Below are positions 38,091-52,908 of a DNA stretch of 64,000 nucleotides, piece by piece (the stretch's first letter is position 1; each line of letters starts with the position of its first letter). The notes beneath the pieces were generated by a model that did not search any database, had not been told where the DNA came from, and worked only from the letters and a program-made list of their open reading frames with translations. Location: assembly GCF_041956535.1 (NCBI RefSeq), contig NW_027192193.1:921192-985191 (forward strand), written 5' to 3'. The position numbers and the translations under genes were made by a program. The stretch is from Calcarisporiella thermophila CBS 279.70 (taxonomy: Eukaryota; Fungi; Calcarisporiellomycota).

Positions 38091-40086
38091 TTAGGGCAGT
38101 GGGTTATCCCCACTAGGAGAAATCTTTACTACTGCATCACTGTAGAAATAGGATACCATACGCTTTACACGTGGAAGTGTGATATTGTGTATCGGGTGCG
38201 TTGCCACTAGTAGATTGCAGGCGTCTCCCCTCACGCTTCGGGTCCCACTTTCCTGCCATACTAAAGATCTTATTCCAGCAGGGACTTTGGATTCGAATTT
38301 TTTCTCTAATGCTTGCGCCATTTCTATGTTGTATAGGATGTGATACTGAGATGTAGAAAGGCCTGAGAGGCAGTAACATGTGTGATAATAATCAACCGGT
38401 CTAATACAATGCGAAGCCATTAACAAAGAGACTTTGCCGTAAAAAAATAAAAATGTTTGCATACTTTCCGGGCTTATCACGCATTCCCCCTCGTCCCCCT
38501 TGACAACACACCAGCAGATAGTCTTGTAAAGCATCTAAATAATCATCAGACCCCCCCCCCTCATTGAGTCTGTCACTAGGTGATATACGAACTACAAAAA
38601 AAAAAACCATTACCTCGTCCATATAGCTCCTCGCTCCACCTATTTCTTCGCAGAAGCTCCGACTCAAGTAGTGGGAAAACTCCACCTTGCCAAAATGAGT
38701 AGCATCCGTCCACAAGTTTGTTGGTGCGGCCTTGGAATCCACCTTCGAAATTCATTTGACTCTGGCTTGCCCAACTCTGATATCAATAGAGAAATTTTAA
38801 CAGAACCTGTTGATGAAATAACTTTAACCAAGCATACCAATAACCGGGGGAAATCCAAAAGATAAAGCTTCCCTAATAACTCCAATGCGGCCATACCGCA
38901 ATAATTATAACCCCCATGAGCTTCTGAACCGGGACAAGCACCAATTCCGCCTTCGTATGTTTGGCAACTAGGTGGAAGTATAAAATTAGGCAGAATGTCC
39001 TTAAGTGACTTCACCACTATCATTTACACACCTTGCAACAAACTCTGCTACGTTTTCCTCCAACTCAGGAGTTAGTATATTAGTGAGTGCTGCTACTGAT
39101 AGAGCGCAGTATGAACCTCTAATAGAGAGGGGAAAAAATTGTTATGGTCTACTCATCTACTATTATTATACTCATTTATAAAATGGCTACCGAACATCCA
39201 CTTCTCCCCCTTCGTGCATAATAAATGATCCATCCTCCTGTTTCATTCGCATTAAAAACGCATAGAGGGTATCTCTATTGATAATACGGAATGCGTCCTC
39301 TGTCCCGAGGATGGCAATGGAGTTAACGGCCGCATAAGTAGGGGCTAAATGGGAAGTTTGACCGGGACCGCCTCCAAACCCACCGTCAGGATTCTGCATG
39401 CGGGCAATAGTAGAAATTCCTCTATTACCAGCAAATATCAAAATAGAACAAGCGCGTAAATAACCAAGGAAATAAGTAGATAAAAAAAAGTTGAATAGTG
39501 TAATTAAAGTGATTAATAGAAGCAAAGTGGTTATTTCTATTAATATTAGTATTAATATGCCATACCTTTCAATAATATCTTTCTCGATCTCAAACCCTAA
39601 TAAATCCAATGAATGTAGCATCCAATACATTAACCATGGTTTACTCGCGTCAAGGCTTGTGTATCCTTGGCCCAACTGGTTTATTCCGCGTAGTAGAAAC
39701 GGAATATGGAGATCACGTCTTAGTCTCACCCTGCGTACAGCATACATATAATGAGCGAGGTGTGGGGAGAGTATGGAAGCGAAAGAAAAACAGGATCTCT
39801 CGTAAGGTGTTAGAACACATACTTTTCAATACGTTTCAAACCAGCGAGATAAGGCTGATAAAATGTCAAAATGGTAGCCTCGACCTCTCCCTACTTACAA
39901 AATTGTAGTTATTACGAAAAAAGTGCAATCATAAAGTCAACTATTTTCAGAGTAAACCTGCTCTTCTGAAGTCTCCGTCGAAAATCCATCGTCGATAGAA
40001 ATGTACTCTATTCTATCTGAAATGCCTCCAGACAAGGAATTCATCTCTAATTGTAGTCTTTCTTTAGACCCTAACTTACGCACCAT
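38091..40086 (-). CDS. RAM1: Protein farnesyltransferase beta subunit
   Basis: LDASKPWLMYW, GGFGGGPGQTSHLAPTYAAVN, GGEVDVRG, EAHGGY, GRTNKLVDGCYSFWQ, RDKPGK.VDYYHTCYCLSGLS. Confidence 0.95.
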
Positions 40087-41895
<1,809 letters not shown>

Positions 41896-42149
41896 AATAT
41901 AATAAAAGGAGAATTTTAAGTTTTATGTCTCCGTTACGAGTGACTGTGATCACTCATTGAGGGCTATGGTTTTAATTGTGGAGTGTTGCATTTTGCTCTG
42001 TTCTTATTGTCTTTATTATATTTCGGAGAATTCTGAAAGAATAAATCATAGGATTATATATTAAATTAGATCCATGTTTTTATGCAGGGATACAATTATA
42101 AAATGTTAAAAAGTATTAAATGCAATAATAACTAAGAAATATCAATGAG

Positions 42150-43367
42150 TTACATGATAATGATCGGTACAGTTACGTTAGAAGAAACTGATTTATGAGG
42201 CAAAACAACGGTTCCTGTCATATACACTCCTTCTTTTACGCTCACATCATCTCCGAGCACTGAAGTGCCCTCAACGCGAGCCCATCGTTCAACGTTAGAG
42301 CGCCACCCAATGATGGAGGAATTGACGAATGCATGGTCCTTGATCTTGGCACCGCGCATCACCACGCAGCTTTGTAACCGCACTCCATCGCCCACTACAA
42401 CGTCGGGGCCAATAACAACGTCGGGACCAAGGATACAACCCTCTCCGATCTTTGCAGAGGGGTCAATGAGAACATTTCCCTCACAGACGCAGTGCTTGGG
42501 GGTATATAACTGGGGCGATTGTTTCTCGGCAAGATGGGAGAGATAAAGAGATGTTCCTTTTAGATAGTCCTTTGGTTGACCCACATCCATCCAGAAACCC
42601 TCCAAGTCGAATGTATGAAGTGACCCATCTTTGGCCATGGCAGGGAACACCTCCTTTTCCATAGAGGTAGGCTTTGCCTCAATACGATCGAGTACCCGCG
42701 TGTCGAAAATGTAGATGCCCGCATTGATTTTGTTGCTAATGAATTCCTCTGGCTTTTCGACAAAGCACTCGACATTCGATACATTTGGTTGATTTACGAC
42801 TACTCCGTATTTCGAAGGATCCTTGACCTTGGTGACACAAATAGTCCCCTCCCCACCATGCATACGGTGATAATTGAGTAGTTCGGTGAAAGGATACGAA
42901 CAGGTGATGTCGGAATTGAGGACGAAGAATGGGGAGTCATCCTTGGCAAGAACATCACGAGCCAAGGCTAGTGGACCGGCTGAAAAGCAGATATCATATG
43001 TATATTCAATTAAAATGCCCTAGTAATGTGAAGATAATTAGTATACCCACCAGTTCCTAGGGGCTGCGTTTCAATTGAGAAAGTGATATTGATGCCAAAT
43101 AATTTCTCATATTCTTTCAAGACTTGGACCATAATTTCTGGTCGGTAGTTGACTGCAAGCACAATATCCTTCACACCAGCCTCGACCAACGCCTCGATCT
43201 GATGTAGGATCATTGGCTTATTACAAAATTCGACCAAAGGCTTGGGGTAGGTAAGGGTGAGAGGTCGCAAGCGAGTGCCAAAACCTAGGAAAAAATAATG
43301 GGTCACCATTATTATCGACATGATGAGTGCACGCACACTTACCTCCGACAAGTATAAGGGCTTTCAT
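42150..43367 (-). CDS. PSA1: Mannose-1-phosphate guanylyltransferase (GDP-mannose pyrophosphorylase); 3 exons
   Basis: [51 protein letters not shown] and hexapeptide repeats. Confidence 0.96.
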
Positions 43368-44170
43368 GATGGGAAAGGTATCTCGATATAACTAAGTTGA
43401 AAAGAACTAGAAGTGGGGCAGCTATGCGAAATGTTAAAGTAAACAAATAAAGCTTTCCTCAAGGAAAAGGAAAAGAAAAAGGGAAGATCAATTTATATAT
43501 TGGTTAGGAGAGGAAAATTAACCCTAAGGTTTCTAAACCCAGACCGCCGCATGCATTTGCCACTTGATAACCAGTAAGGTTAATTTTCCACTCGTGCGAA
43601 AATAACCTGGCAAAGTAGGCTTATGTCAGGCCGGAGATAAAAAACCATTGAGGTGGAGGGGGGTATTTACACAAATTGCTTCAGGTGACAAGAAAGCAAG
43701 CCTGTAAAAGATCCCTTGCACAATTTGGTTAGTCGAGTAATTTTTCAATGGGGAGGATAGTAGGATCGACTATTTCTTACACCGTGGATTGAGCCAGATA
43801 TCGCTCACGATGTAATTAAATTGTTATACAATATGGAGGGGGGAGGGGGGAGAAGGGGTGAGTTTGCTAGGAATGATCCCGTTACGATAGATGGCTTATT
43901 GCAATATAAATAGTTCAGATCTAAAATAAGTTAAACAGTTATTTGCCAATGTATTGCGCCTCATCCCCTCATCCAGAAAATATCCGACACGTTTAAGATG
44001 AAAAACAGTTTTATTTTATTTCAAAACCGATTAATTAATACATATTTTAAAATCACAATAAGTGTAGTATTACTATGGAGGGTATTATGAACTAGTATTT
44101 GAATCAGAAAGGTCGTTAGAGTGTCCTGATGATGTAGATGATAAACGTATACTATATACAATGATTGAAA

Positions 44171-44413
44171 TCACTTGCTCAAACATTGCCCAAATGCACT
44201 CTTATCCCACACAGTTCTATCTGTGATTCTCGCACTCAAATGCCCAACACCTGACAGACTGCTCGGCTTTCGGACGCGAGTAGGTGATGGTGGTGGTGAG
44301 AGTGATGTTGGAGCATTGAAGCTACTAGTAGATGAAGAGGTATCAGAGATGGGTGCTGAGGACCCATGTTGCCAACCTGAGTCTTTCTTGGTACTCCGTT
44401 GGATGCTATCCAT
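44171..44413 (-). CDS. Small (80 aa) Ser/Pro-rich hypothetical protein preceded by a likely 5'-UTR intron
   Basis: ATG at 44413, an upstream GTTTCT..TTTCAG intron (~44503-44444), and an AT-rich 3' flank. No family recognised. Confidence 0.45.
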   Translation of the reverse strand: MDSIQRSTKKDSGWQHGSSAPISDTSSSTSSFNAPTSLSPPPSPTRVRKPSSLSGVGHLSARITDRTVWDKSAFGQCLSK

Positions 44414-44892
44414 GCTAAGTAAGTCTTGCACCAAAATAATACTCTGAAAATCAATTGTTAAAAATAGAGAGTAAGGAACAATGTGCGTTAGAGAATGAGA
44501 AACCTAGGAAAAACGGCAGAGGCTGTCGGAGAAGGAAATAAAGAAAACCCAATCTGTATTTCGAAAATAATTAATCAGATAACTTTAGCCTAGGCTTCAG
44601 AGCATAGTAGACCATTTCTAGACACCTAAACTTCTGTCCGATGTTTAAACTTAACTTTTGTTCAAGTGAAAGAACTATAACCAACTCAAAACGACAAAAG
44701 AGCAATAATAATACACTGTAAGAGAAAAACAAAAATGCGAACAATATAAGAGGAAAAATAAAGAAACAATACTAAGAATCGTATATAGAATTATATAAAA
44801 GGCGATAGACTTGTTGACGGTGGATACCTCTACCAAGCAGAATTCAGCAAGCGAGAATCAATTCTATTCGAAAACTGGAAATGGAAGATGCC

Positions 44893-45865
44893 TTAGAGCA
44901 TCATTTGTTGTCTTTGCTCTGAATTTGTCTGCAAAAACCACTTCGCGCCCTCGTAAACTGTCCAACTGAGCGCTGTCGAAGGCATATGTGCAACTACTCT
45001 TGGGCGCAAACCCCGGAAGAACCCGTTGGCACCATTTCTTTCGTATATCAACTTGGCGCCCTGCCAAAATCCAGAGCAGTTCCGAATTCGCAGATCACTT
45101 GATTGTCCACGGGTCTGTAGCAGAGTTTTTACTACGTCGAGTGGTGTAGTGGCGGCAGCAGCTATTGCTCCAGCCAATCCTCCAGAAACAACATGAGCTT
45201 TAGGGTCATAGACACCCTCTGGGTTAAGCAGCTTCCGGAAAAATTCATATACGGTAAATTGTATCGACTGGAAGGGGATAGACATGGTCAATGTCGTTGG
45301 GTATGAAATGTAGAAAGCACGAAGTCCCTCTGAGAGATAGACCTTGCGTGCGCATTCAAATATTGTGCGATGAGTAGAACCGTGAATTTGCATGCGCTGT
45401 TTGATAACATCAAAAGGATTCATAAGTGCGTCGTGCGCCATTGAGGCAAAAGCTCCAGCAAAGGCGTTTGCAAAAGGATGGTGTCCTTCACGGTTTCCTC
45501 CAAGTGCATCTTTGCATTTCTCGTAGGTGGCGAAGTAAAGGGCATGTGCTGGTCCAGCCCCAAGGATAACCGAATTGACACCACGCCACAACGTAAGTGC
45601 TCCCTCAGTAGTAGTTATACGAGAAACAGCATGTGTGATGCCATTGTAAACAGCGCCCGGTGTGGGTGTTAGCACTTGCATTCGAGTCTAAATAAAGATA
45701 AATTTAGTTAAGATGAATTTAAATTTTATTATAAATGCATACTACCTTAACGCTGTCAATAGGGTACATGACCGCATGCTCCGTTACACCAGCAACTGCC
45801 CCCGCCATCAGGTGAATAAAAACAGGGGCACTTTCAGGAAGAGCTTCGTAATCTTGCTCGGACAT
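44893..45865 (-). CDS. MRS3: Mitochondrial iron carrier mitoferrin (Mrs3/Mrs4); 2 exons
   Basis: [72 protein letters not shown]. Confidence 0.93.
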
Positions 45866-46783
45866 TTCAAATTATATAATACTCAAATTAAAACCTGGAG
45901 GATGGTAAAAAAGAGTAGTTCGAATTCTATTAAGAATTTAAAAATAAAATGTGAGGCAGCTAGGAGTTTAAAGGGACAAAAAGAGTAGGTTATTTGGATG
46001 GATATAGGTTAAACAGATATAAGAGGAATAAGAGTACTCGGAAAGACTTGGAAGAACTGATATTTTAGGTCTGATAACTAAACAAACTGCGCCCGAAAAA
46101 ATTTTATTTGTTATGATTATCTATAGAGGTTTTCTGACTAATCTGTAGTTTCCGACCTGACTCACATGTTTCTTGGATAATTTCTCCTCTCCTTACATCT
46201 GATTGAAATCGATGGCTTTCACGTCGGCAAACCCAGCCATACGGGAATTTACTTCCATCGTGAATCTTAACAGAGTTGTAATCTTATTTCTACTTGAAAA
46301 ATTACCGAGCCGTAAGTGTCTCTGCGGCTTATATTACTTCCAAAACGCAAACTAATCCATCTTTATTCTTATACACCTATTAAAATTATTACCTACCTAT
46401 CCTTTTTTACCACAATTTCTCTTCCTCAAATATATATGGGAAGAGATATTAATATACTAAGTGCATTGCAAAAGGGTATCGGATTATTTGACATCTCCTA
46501 CATTTCTAGGAGAATTGACTAGAGCTTATTTTGTTTTCAACCATACCTTCAAAACATACCGAAATACAATTTGTTCAAAAATTAGAACTACCGGATATTT
46601 TTTAATTTTTGTTTGATCTTATATTGTATTGAAGCTTTCTCTCCTTTATTTTTCCTTTTTCTCCTCTCAAGTTGTTGATTCTAAAGATAATAACTATTGA
46701 GTGTCCTCTTATTCCAAGTTCATAAAATATTCCCTGTCGTTATATTATTCCTCATTTGATTAACCGCAAGGGAGCGAGCGGAC

Positions 46784-49700
46784 ATGCTTAAAGCAACAAC
46801 CCACTTGATACGCAGCTCTTTAGAGCTATTTTTTGTATTCATTTTTATTTTTGGTCTTGTCTCTATTATATCCGCACCCTTATCAACAGCATCCCCTTTT
46901 CATACATTAAATAACACCCAAGATGAACCCCTTTTACCTGAATTGACGTTCAACTTAGCCAATCCAAATCTAATTTCACATGGGAAAGCCACTACGCTAA
47001 GTCAACTCGAGCAACTTGAGCTTTTGCGAAATGAAGGCGCGCGTCACGGAGCCGATGTTTCGAAGCTTGACCAGTACCTTAAAAAAATGAGGTAAGATTG
47101 AACTGTCTTACGTTCAAATATTCTTTAGTTAATGTATTACTATTTATAACTATTACTAAAGGCATGGGCATATGAAGCGAAGTCAACCCGATTCAGCGGG
47201 GACTCTGTTCGACGAGCCAAGAATGCGAGCAGAATTTGAACATAAGCGCTTTATCGATGCCGATGATATCCTCAATGAAGTGAATATCGAAGGAATTATG
47301 GACGGAATCGGCGGACCCATCCTTGATCTCGGAGGTATTCTAAGGCCAATTGTGCAGATTATCGTCGACGGCACCAAATTCTATGTGGACAGGTCGTTGT
47401 TTTATGATATGGGCGAAAAAGATTTCAAAACTCACATTTGGGGAAGCATTACTAATACTGGCCCAATTCCTGCCACATTCCATCTCGAAGAACCGCTCAA
47501 AATCTACTGGAAAGAGCGTTTAATCGCGTATCTTAAGATCCCAGATCTCTCAGCAACTCCTGGAGTGGGCGTTGTTATTGACAATGACGGACATGTGGAT
47601 GTTGCAAACGCCAATGATCTTAGAGATTTCGTTATCGAACTGCTCCACGAGAGAACAACTGAATGGCGCATTTTTTCCGACAAGGTCACGGTTAAAGTGC
47701 TCGGTTTTACGGTGAAAAATATCAAGGTCAACAAACACGTGGATCTAGATGGTGCCGATGGGCTCAGAGGAAGAGTTAAAGTCAAAAGATTCGAGCTTCC
47801 AGGAGACGATCCTGCGGGAGGTGTAAAGGCCAGCTCCGAAGCTGAAATTCGTAATCCGAGTACAATAGGTCTCGAATTATCCAAGATCGATGTTCATATT
47901 TTCAGCCAAGACGTCTTTATCTCAGATGGTACCGGAAGAGATGTGACTCTCGAGCCAAAAGGTTCCTCTGTGCTTAAACTTGAGGGACGACTTTTCCCGC
48001 AGACATCGCAGCAGGGATTACAAGTACTTAGCAAGCTGTTCTCCAATTACCTGTCCAGCAAGCCGAACCCACTGGTGTTTATTGCCAACAGACTCTATGG
48101 AAGAAATGGTGAAGAAATCAGCTATTTGTCGCAAGCCTTCCGAACTTTGAGAATTGAGACATCCTTGCCCGGGGTGGATCCTGATTTCAAGGTCGTTAGG
48201 AATATTAACATCAAGACACTGGACTTCAAGTTCACGCCTCAGACTGCTTATGCTCCCCTTACCTCATCTGATTCTGGTGAAGCTCAGTTCCAAATTCCTT
48301 TCCCAATCTCGTTCTCGGTCAAGAAATTTGCCGCCAATATTATTGCTGGCGGAATGGGGGAGGATATCGGAACTCTCAACGTGCCGTTATCTGATGCAGT
48401 TATGAAGGACCAGAATACTGTTGCACTTACTTTAACTGACGTGCCCCTAAATGTCTTTCCTGATAAACACGCAGCATTCCAAGCCCTTGTAAAATCTTTG
48501 GCTCTTGAACCAGTAGGTACACTCTCTCTCCACGGTACTACGGATGCAGTCGCAAATACCCCACTCGGGACAGTCAATCTCACCGGGATTCCATTTAGCC
48601 AAGATCTTACACTCAAAGGGCTTAATGGGCTTAAGGATCCTCCCTCAGTCGTAAACTCTCTTATAGTTAATCGTGGCACCAAAGAAGCATTATACGCAGA
48701 CCTCGATGCTACACTTACCAATCCTTCGGATGTCTCTTTCACCGTGGGCGATGTTTATTTCCGTGCTGTGTCTGATGGGCAGGTGGTTGGCACTGTGCTT
48801 ATTCCCGGACTTGTGCTTAGTCGAGGCAGTAGCAATGTCAAAGCTCAGTTAGAGTACTCTCCGAAAGATCCCGCTTCAATGGCAGCTGGTGCGAAGCTCC
48901 TCCAAAGCTATTTGGAAGGCAACACATCCGATGCGTTCATTGCAGGATTCGAAAACTCCACGAATATAGAATCTCTCCTTCCAGCGCTTTCATCAGTTAA
49001 TATCCCGGCAAAGATTAGAGGCACGCCTGATAAGTTGATCAAGAGTGGCAAAGTCCACGTCGCCATTTCATCCCTCTTCACAAACAAAGGTTATGCCAGC
49101 GTTATACTTGCAAACTACTTCAAAGCACCGTTTACACTTCAAGCAATTCGGGCCAATGTACTGAATCAGGGCAAGCAAATTGGATTCGTTGACACTGCGC
49201 TAAATCCCGAGTTTACAGTTCCTCCACGTGCTATGCGAGAATCACCCTGGTTACCTGTGCAACTAATTGGAACCATTTTGGAGCTCATCTTTTTGCTTCT
49301 TCGTAATCTATTTGGTTTAACCATCAGCATGGACTCGACGGTCATGGCCAAAGTCCAGGATTATAGTTTGATGCTACAATTCCGTCAAGATGTTCGCGTG
49401 ACATTTGATATCCGATTCAATCTCTTCACATTTAACCCTCCCTTTCCCAATCTTGGGGGTATTCCCAAACCTATCATCGATGTTCCGTTTATATTCCCTA
49501 CTTTCTCGTTGCCTTTCAACCTTCCAACCTTTTCGCTTCCGTTCAATTTGCCACCTCTCTTCGACCCTCCGACTCCAACTTCTAATCCAATGATGCCCAC
49601 CACGACCACAAGCTACATGATGGCTACGCCTATAGCTGGAGCGGCGCCAGTAATGATGGTGTCCGACTATGGGCAACCAATGCTTGCAACACCCGTTGAT

Positions 49701-49925
49701 GGAGCAATATTCCCAACGATACTCCTACCTCCGGAGCAAGAAGCTATTGTACGTGAGCCTATGTACACGCCCTTCGCAAACCCAACTCCATATGTCGATA
49801 CTGCGTATGGTAATGCTGCGGTCTATAACGGTGCTTATAATGGGAACTACTATCTACCTAAGAGAGCTAGGAAATTTGCGAGGAGAGAGCTATATAGGAA
49901 ACCAATAATCCGGGTGGCTTCTTAA
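46784..49925 (+). CDS. Large secreted or membrane-anchored protein with tandem DUF3712/LEA2-like beta-rich repeats; 2 exons
   Basis: Hydrophobic N-terminus, intron 47092-47161, and repeated units (ITNTGP, LDGADGL, IRNPSTIGLEL, LKGLNGL, LTNPSDVSFTVGDV). Pro/Thr-rich C-terminal tail. Confidence 0.75.
49497..49553 (+). repeat. 27-bp coding tandem duplication (PTFSLPFNL x2)
   Basis: cctactttctcgttgcctttcaacctt followed by ccaaccttttcgcttccgttcaatttg. Confidence 0.85.
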
Positions 49926-51050
49926 TAATTTAAAATTTATACTCGAACTTATTTCCCTCTTCTCCTATCACTTTTAGTTGTTATTTGTTTCTTTTGATTT
50001 CTAACATAGATCCGTTTTAAACTCCCGCTGTATGGAATTAATCGTTATATTTTGTTCAGGCTACCACCTCGCACCATCGAAACTTGAAGTGTTTAAATAC
50101 TGAAAATATTGCTCGGCATTAAATAAGAGGGTGGATCACTATGGGGTAGAATGGACTGGTTTCAATGCCCTTCTATAACATTAAAGCTGGAGGATTGAAA
50201 GCAAAGAATTAATATCCCATTATAGAATAATAATTATTATAATATAGACAGGGTTCCAAATTAAGGACAGATTATAACTTTCAAAATCATTTTTGATTAA
50301 TTGTCCTAATTTATCTCTCATTTTTTTTTAAGGTATGAATATTCTTTTCTCAATCAAGAGAAAAGAAGACAAAAAATTCTTAATGGCCCTTAAGAGCACG
50401 AAACACGGTATTCTTTAGTAAAAGGCGAAAGAATAATATCGTTATGCTTCGCGCTCAGGCCAAAGGATAGAGATTCAATTGGGACTGAATGAGAGAGAGT
50501 TTATATATTGTTCTTCGGTACACAAGGGAAAAATTTTACTAGTTTGTGAATTATGGGATGGAAATTTGGAATTTTAACTCAGCTGTACAAATTGATTTTA
50601 CAAAATTAATCCATAATAAAGAGAAACTATATGTGGTGGAATGAGAGAAAATGAAAAGGCCCTAGTGATATTAGATGAATATACAATGAAAAATTGGCTA
50701 TATTTTCAAACGTGGGTTCTAATGGAAATTTTTAGTATCATGGTTGATATAGATCTTAAGAGTAAAGAGATGGTAACCCACATTATGACATAAAAGTAAT
50801 AAATATATAATTATACTTAACAAAAACAACTAACTGCGAATACCTCGGTATATTTAATCTGCCTAAAAAATATATAATATTTTTCCAGTAAAAACACGAT
50901 TGCCTGTGAGCCAATGAAAACGCATTATTTCGGAAACTGGAGTTTAAAGTCGCAGTCTGGAAAGTGAGAATTATGTTTCCGTTGGCGTTCTCCCGAGGTG
51001 GTAGCAATGATTATATTAATTGATATATTTTACACACAAATTATACGCTG

Positions 51051-52552
51051 ATGGATTTACTCAGTAAACTACCAATCGAAATTGCGCTCCAGATCTTTGG
51101 GTATTTAAGCCCATATGACTTGGTTCAAGCGAGTAGCACTTGTCATTCCTGGTCTCTTATCACATGTACGCCTTCCCTCTGGCAACGCATATATTTTAAT
51201 TACATGTACAAGAAAGGTTTACCGATAGAAGTAGCCGAAGAGATGCTATCTAATTCTAGTCATTCTTTTTCATGCAAGGAGAAATACCGTCTCTTTTGTG
51301 AAAGGGAGAAGAATTGGAAAAAAGGTAACGTTCAGAAGAAAGGATTTTTTTTTCGTAATATTGCCAACAATATTTTGAATAATGATTATTTTCATTCTAG
51401 GCATAGCTACCTCAATTAAAAGCATATTAGCATCAGATTTCATCAGCATTAGATCTTACGCTATACATGAAAAATACCTCGCGGGAATAACTATTGAGAA
51501 CAAGATTTATATCTGGGATTTATGGGAAGTAGAGTTTAAAACATGGCAAAATACACCCCGCTGTATAGACTTCATTGACATTGGGAGATTTTCATCGCGA
51601 GAATATATTCATATCGCATTAACTTCTACTCAAGATTCACCATATTTGATTGCAATCAGCGGAGATGATGGGTATTTGGGTTCTGCAATCCTATTATATA
51701 TTTATTCTAATGAATGACCTGCACTCAACAGATGTCTAGTCGTTGGTCCGAATGGTGTAGTGCTATACACTTTCGAGTTTGAACAAGTGTTGGTGTTGCA
51801 TAATTTATACATGAACGAAAAATATATTGCATTATGGTTTGATGGTGCTTCATTTAGAGTTTGGAGACTCACCGATGGATCCATTGCATGGGAAGAAACG
51901 GTATCTAATCTAACAGTTTATAAGCGATTATGGGTTGAGTTCAACATCTTTTTTTCCGTTGCTTAGCACGATGCCCCCTCTGGATATTTTGGTCTAGCAG
52001 ATTCAATTCTATTCGTCCTCATTAGACCATATAATATTATGACCTTTACGGAGGTAGTCGTGGTGGATTTAGTGTCAAGCCAACGCATTAAAACCATTAG
52101 TTCGCCGCTGTTTCGCTCGCTCTCCACTCTTTGCGAAGTTTCCATGAGACGGAATCTTCTCGTCATCTGGGATAGACATCGAGCGTACTCATTTCTATTA
52201 TCAAGAGAATATATGGAGGTACTATATTATTTCCAAGCCTTTTATTTCTTTATTCACAGCTAAACCACTATAGGAGTACATTGAATTCCCATTCGAATCG
52301 AAGGCACGCATTGTGTACTCTAGAGGTAACTCTCCAACAGCTCTTTTTAATATTGGAGAAAATTTGCATTTGCTGTGTTCATACTATGGTAGTCGAACGC
52401 TGCATGATCCTACTTGCAATCTTTCAAATATTGTAAATATCAAACATTACTATCGATGCGATTTCGATAACTATCGCATTCTTCTCTATCGGAGAAATGT
52501 GCCTATATTGTATATAGTAGAATTCTGGCCTTCAATTTTGCACACCCAATAA
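51051..52552 (+). CDS. F-box protein with divergent beta-rich C-terminal domain; ~5 exons
   Basis: LLSKLPIEIALQIFGYLSPYDLVQASSTCHSW...LW F-box, then EKNWKKG and beta-strand-rich exons (KIYIWDL, FRVWRL). Confidence 0.82.
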
Positions 52553-52908
52553 ATATATGCTAACCAACCATCCAAGTTTGGCTAGCAATTGACGATTTGT
52601 GCCAATCTTTCAAATATATGAAAAGTATTTTTCTAATCGAACAGCTTCTTCTAGCTCATCTACTAGCACGATCCCACAATGACACTTCTGATACTGTTGA
52701 TATTTTTTTATTCCATAAATAAGAGTTCTAACTTTTTGAGTACTAGATTTTCGGGCGCAAGGGGACAGATGTAAAAATTGTAATATATTACTCTTCAAGG
52801 CATAGTATCTGAAACAACAATTTTGTAATGTTGACTACGAAATTCATCAGCCCAAACCTCTGCTGAAAACAATATATATACTCTACTTATTTATTTATTT
52901 ATGAACAT

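Noticed and set aside
43835-43860. G-run clusters here and at ~18222-18238 (possible G-quadruplexes)
   Set aside because: Homopolymer runs are common throughout the window and there is no evidence of function.
44090-44170. TGATGA and CTGA motifs suggesting a C/D snoRNA
   Set aside because: The boxes are not in the proper order and spacing on one strand, and no rRNA-complementary guide was recognised.
46060-46180. GATA sites upstream of mitoferrin (possible SreA-type iron regulation)
   Set aside because: Only an imperfect match (GTCTGATAA) in AT-rich DNA where GATAA occurs often by chance.
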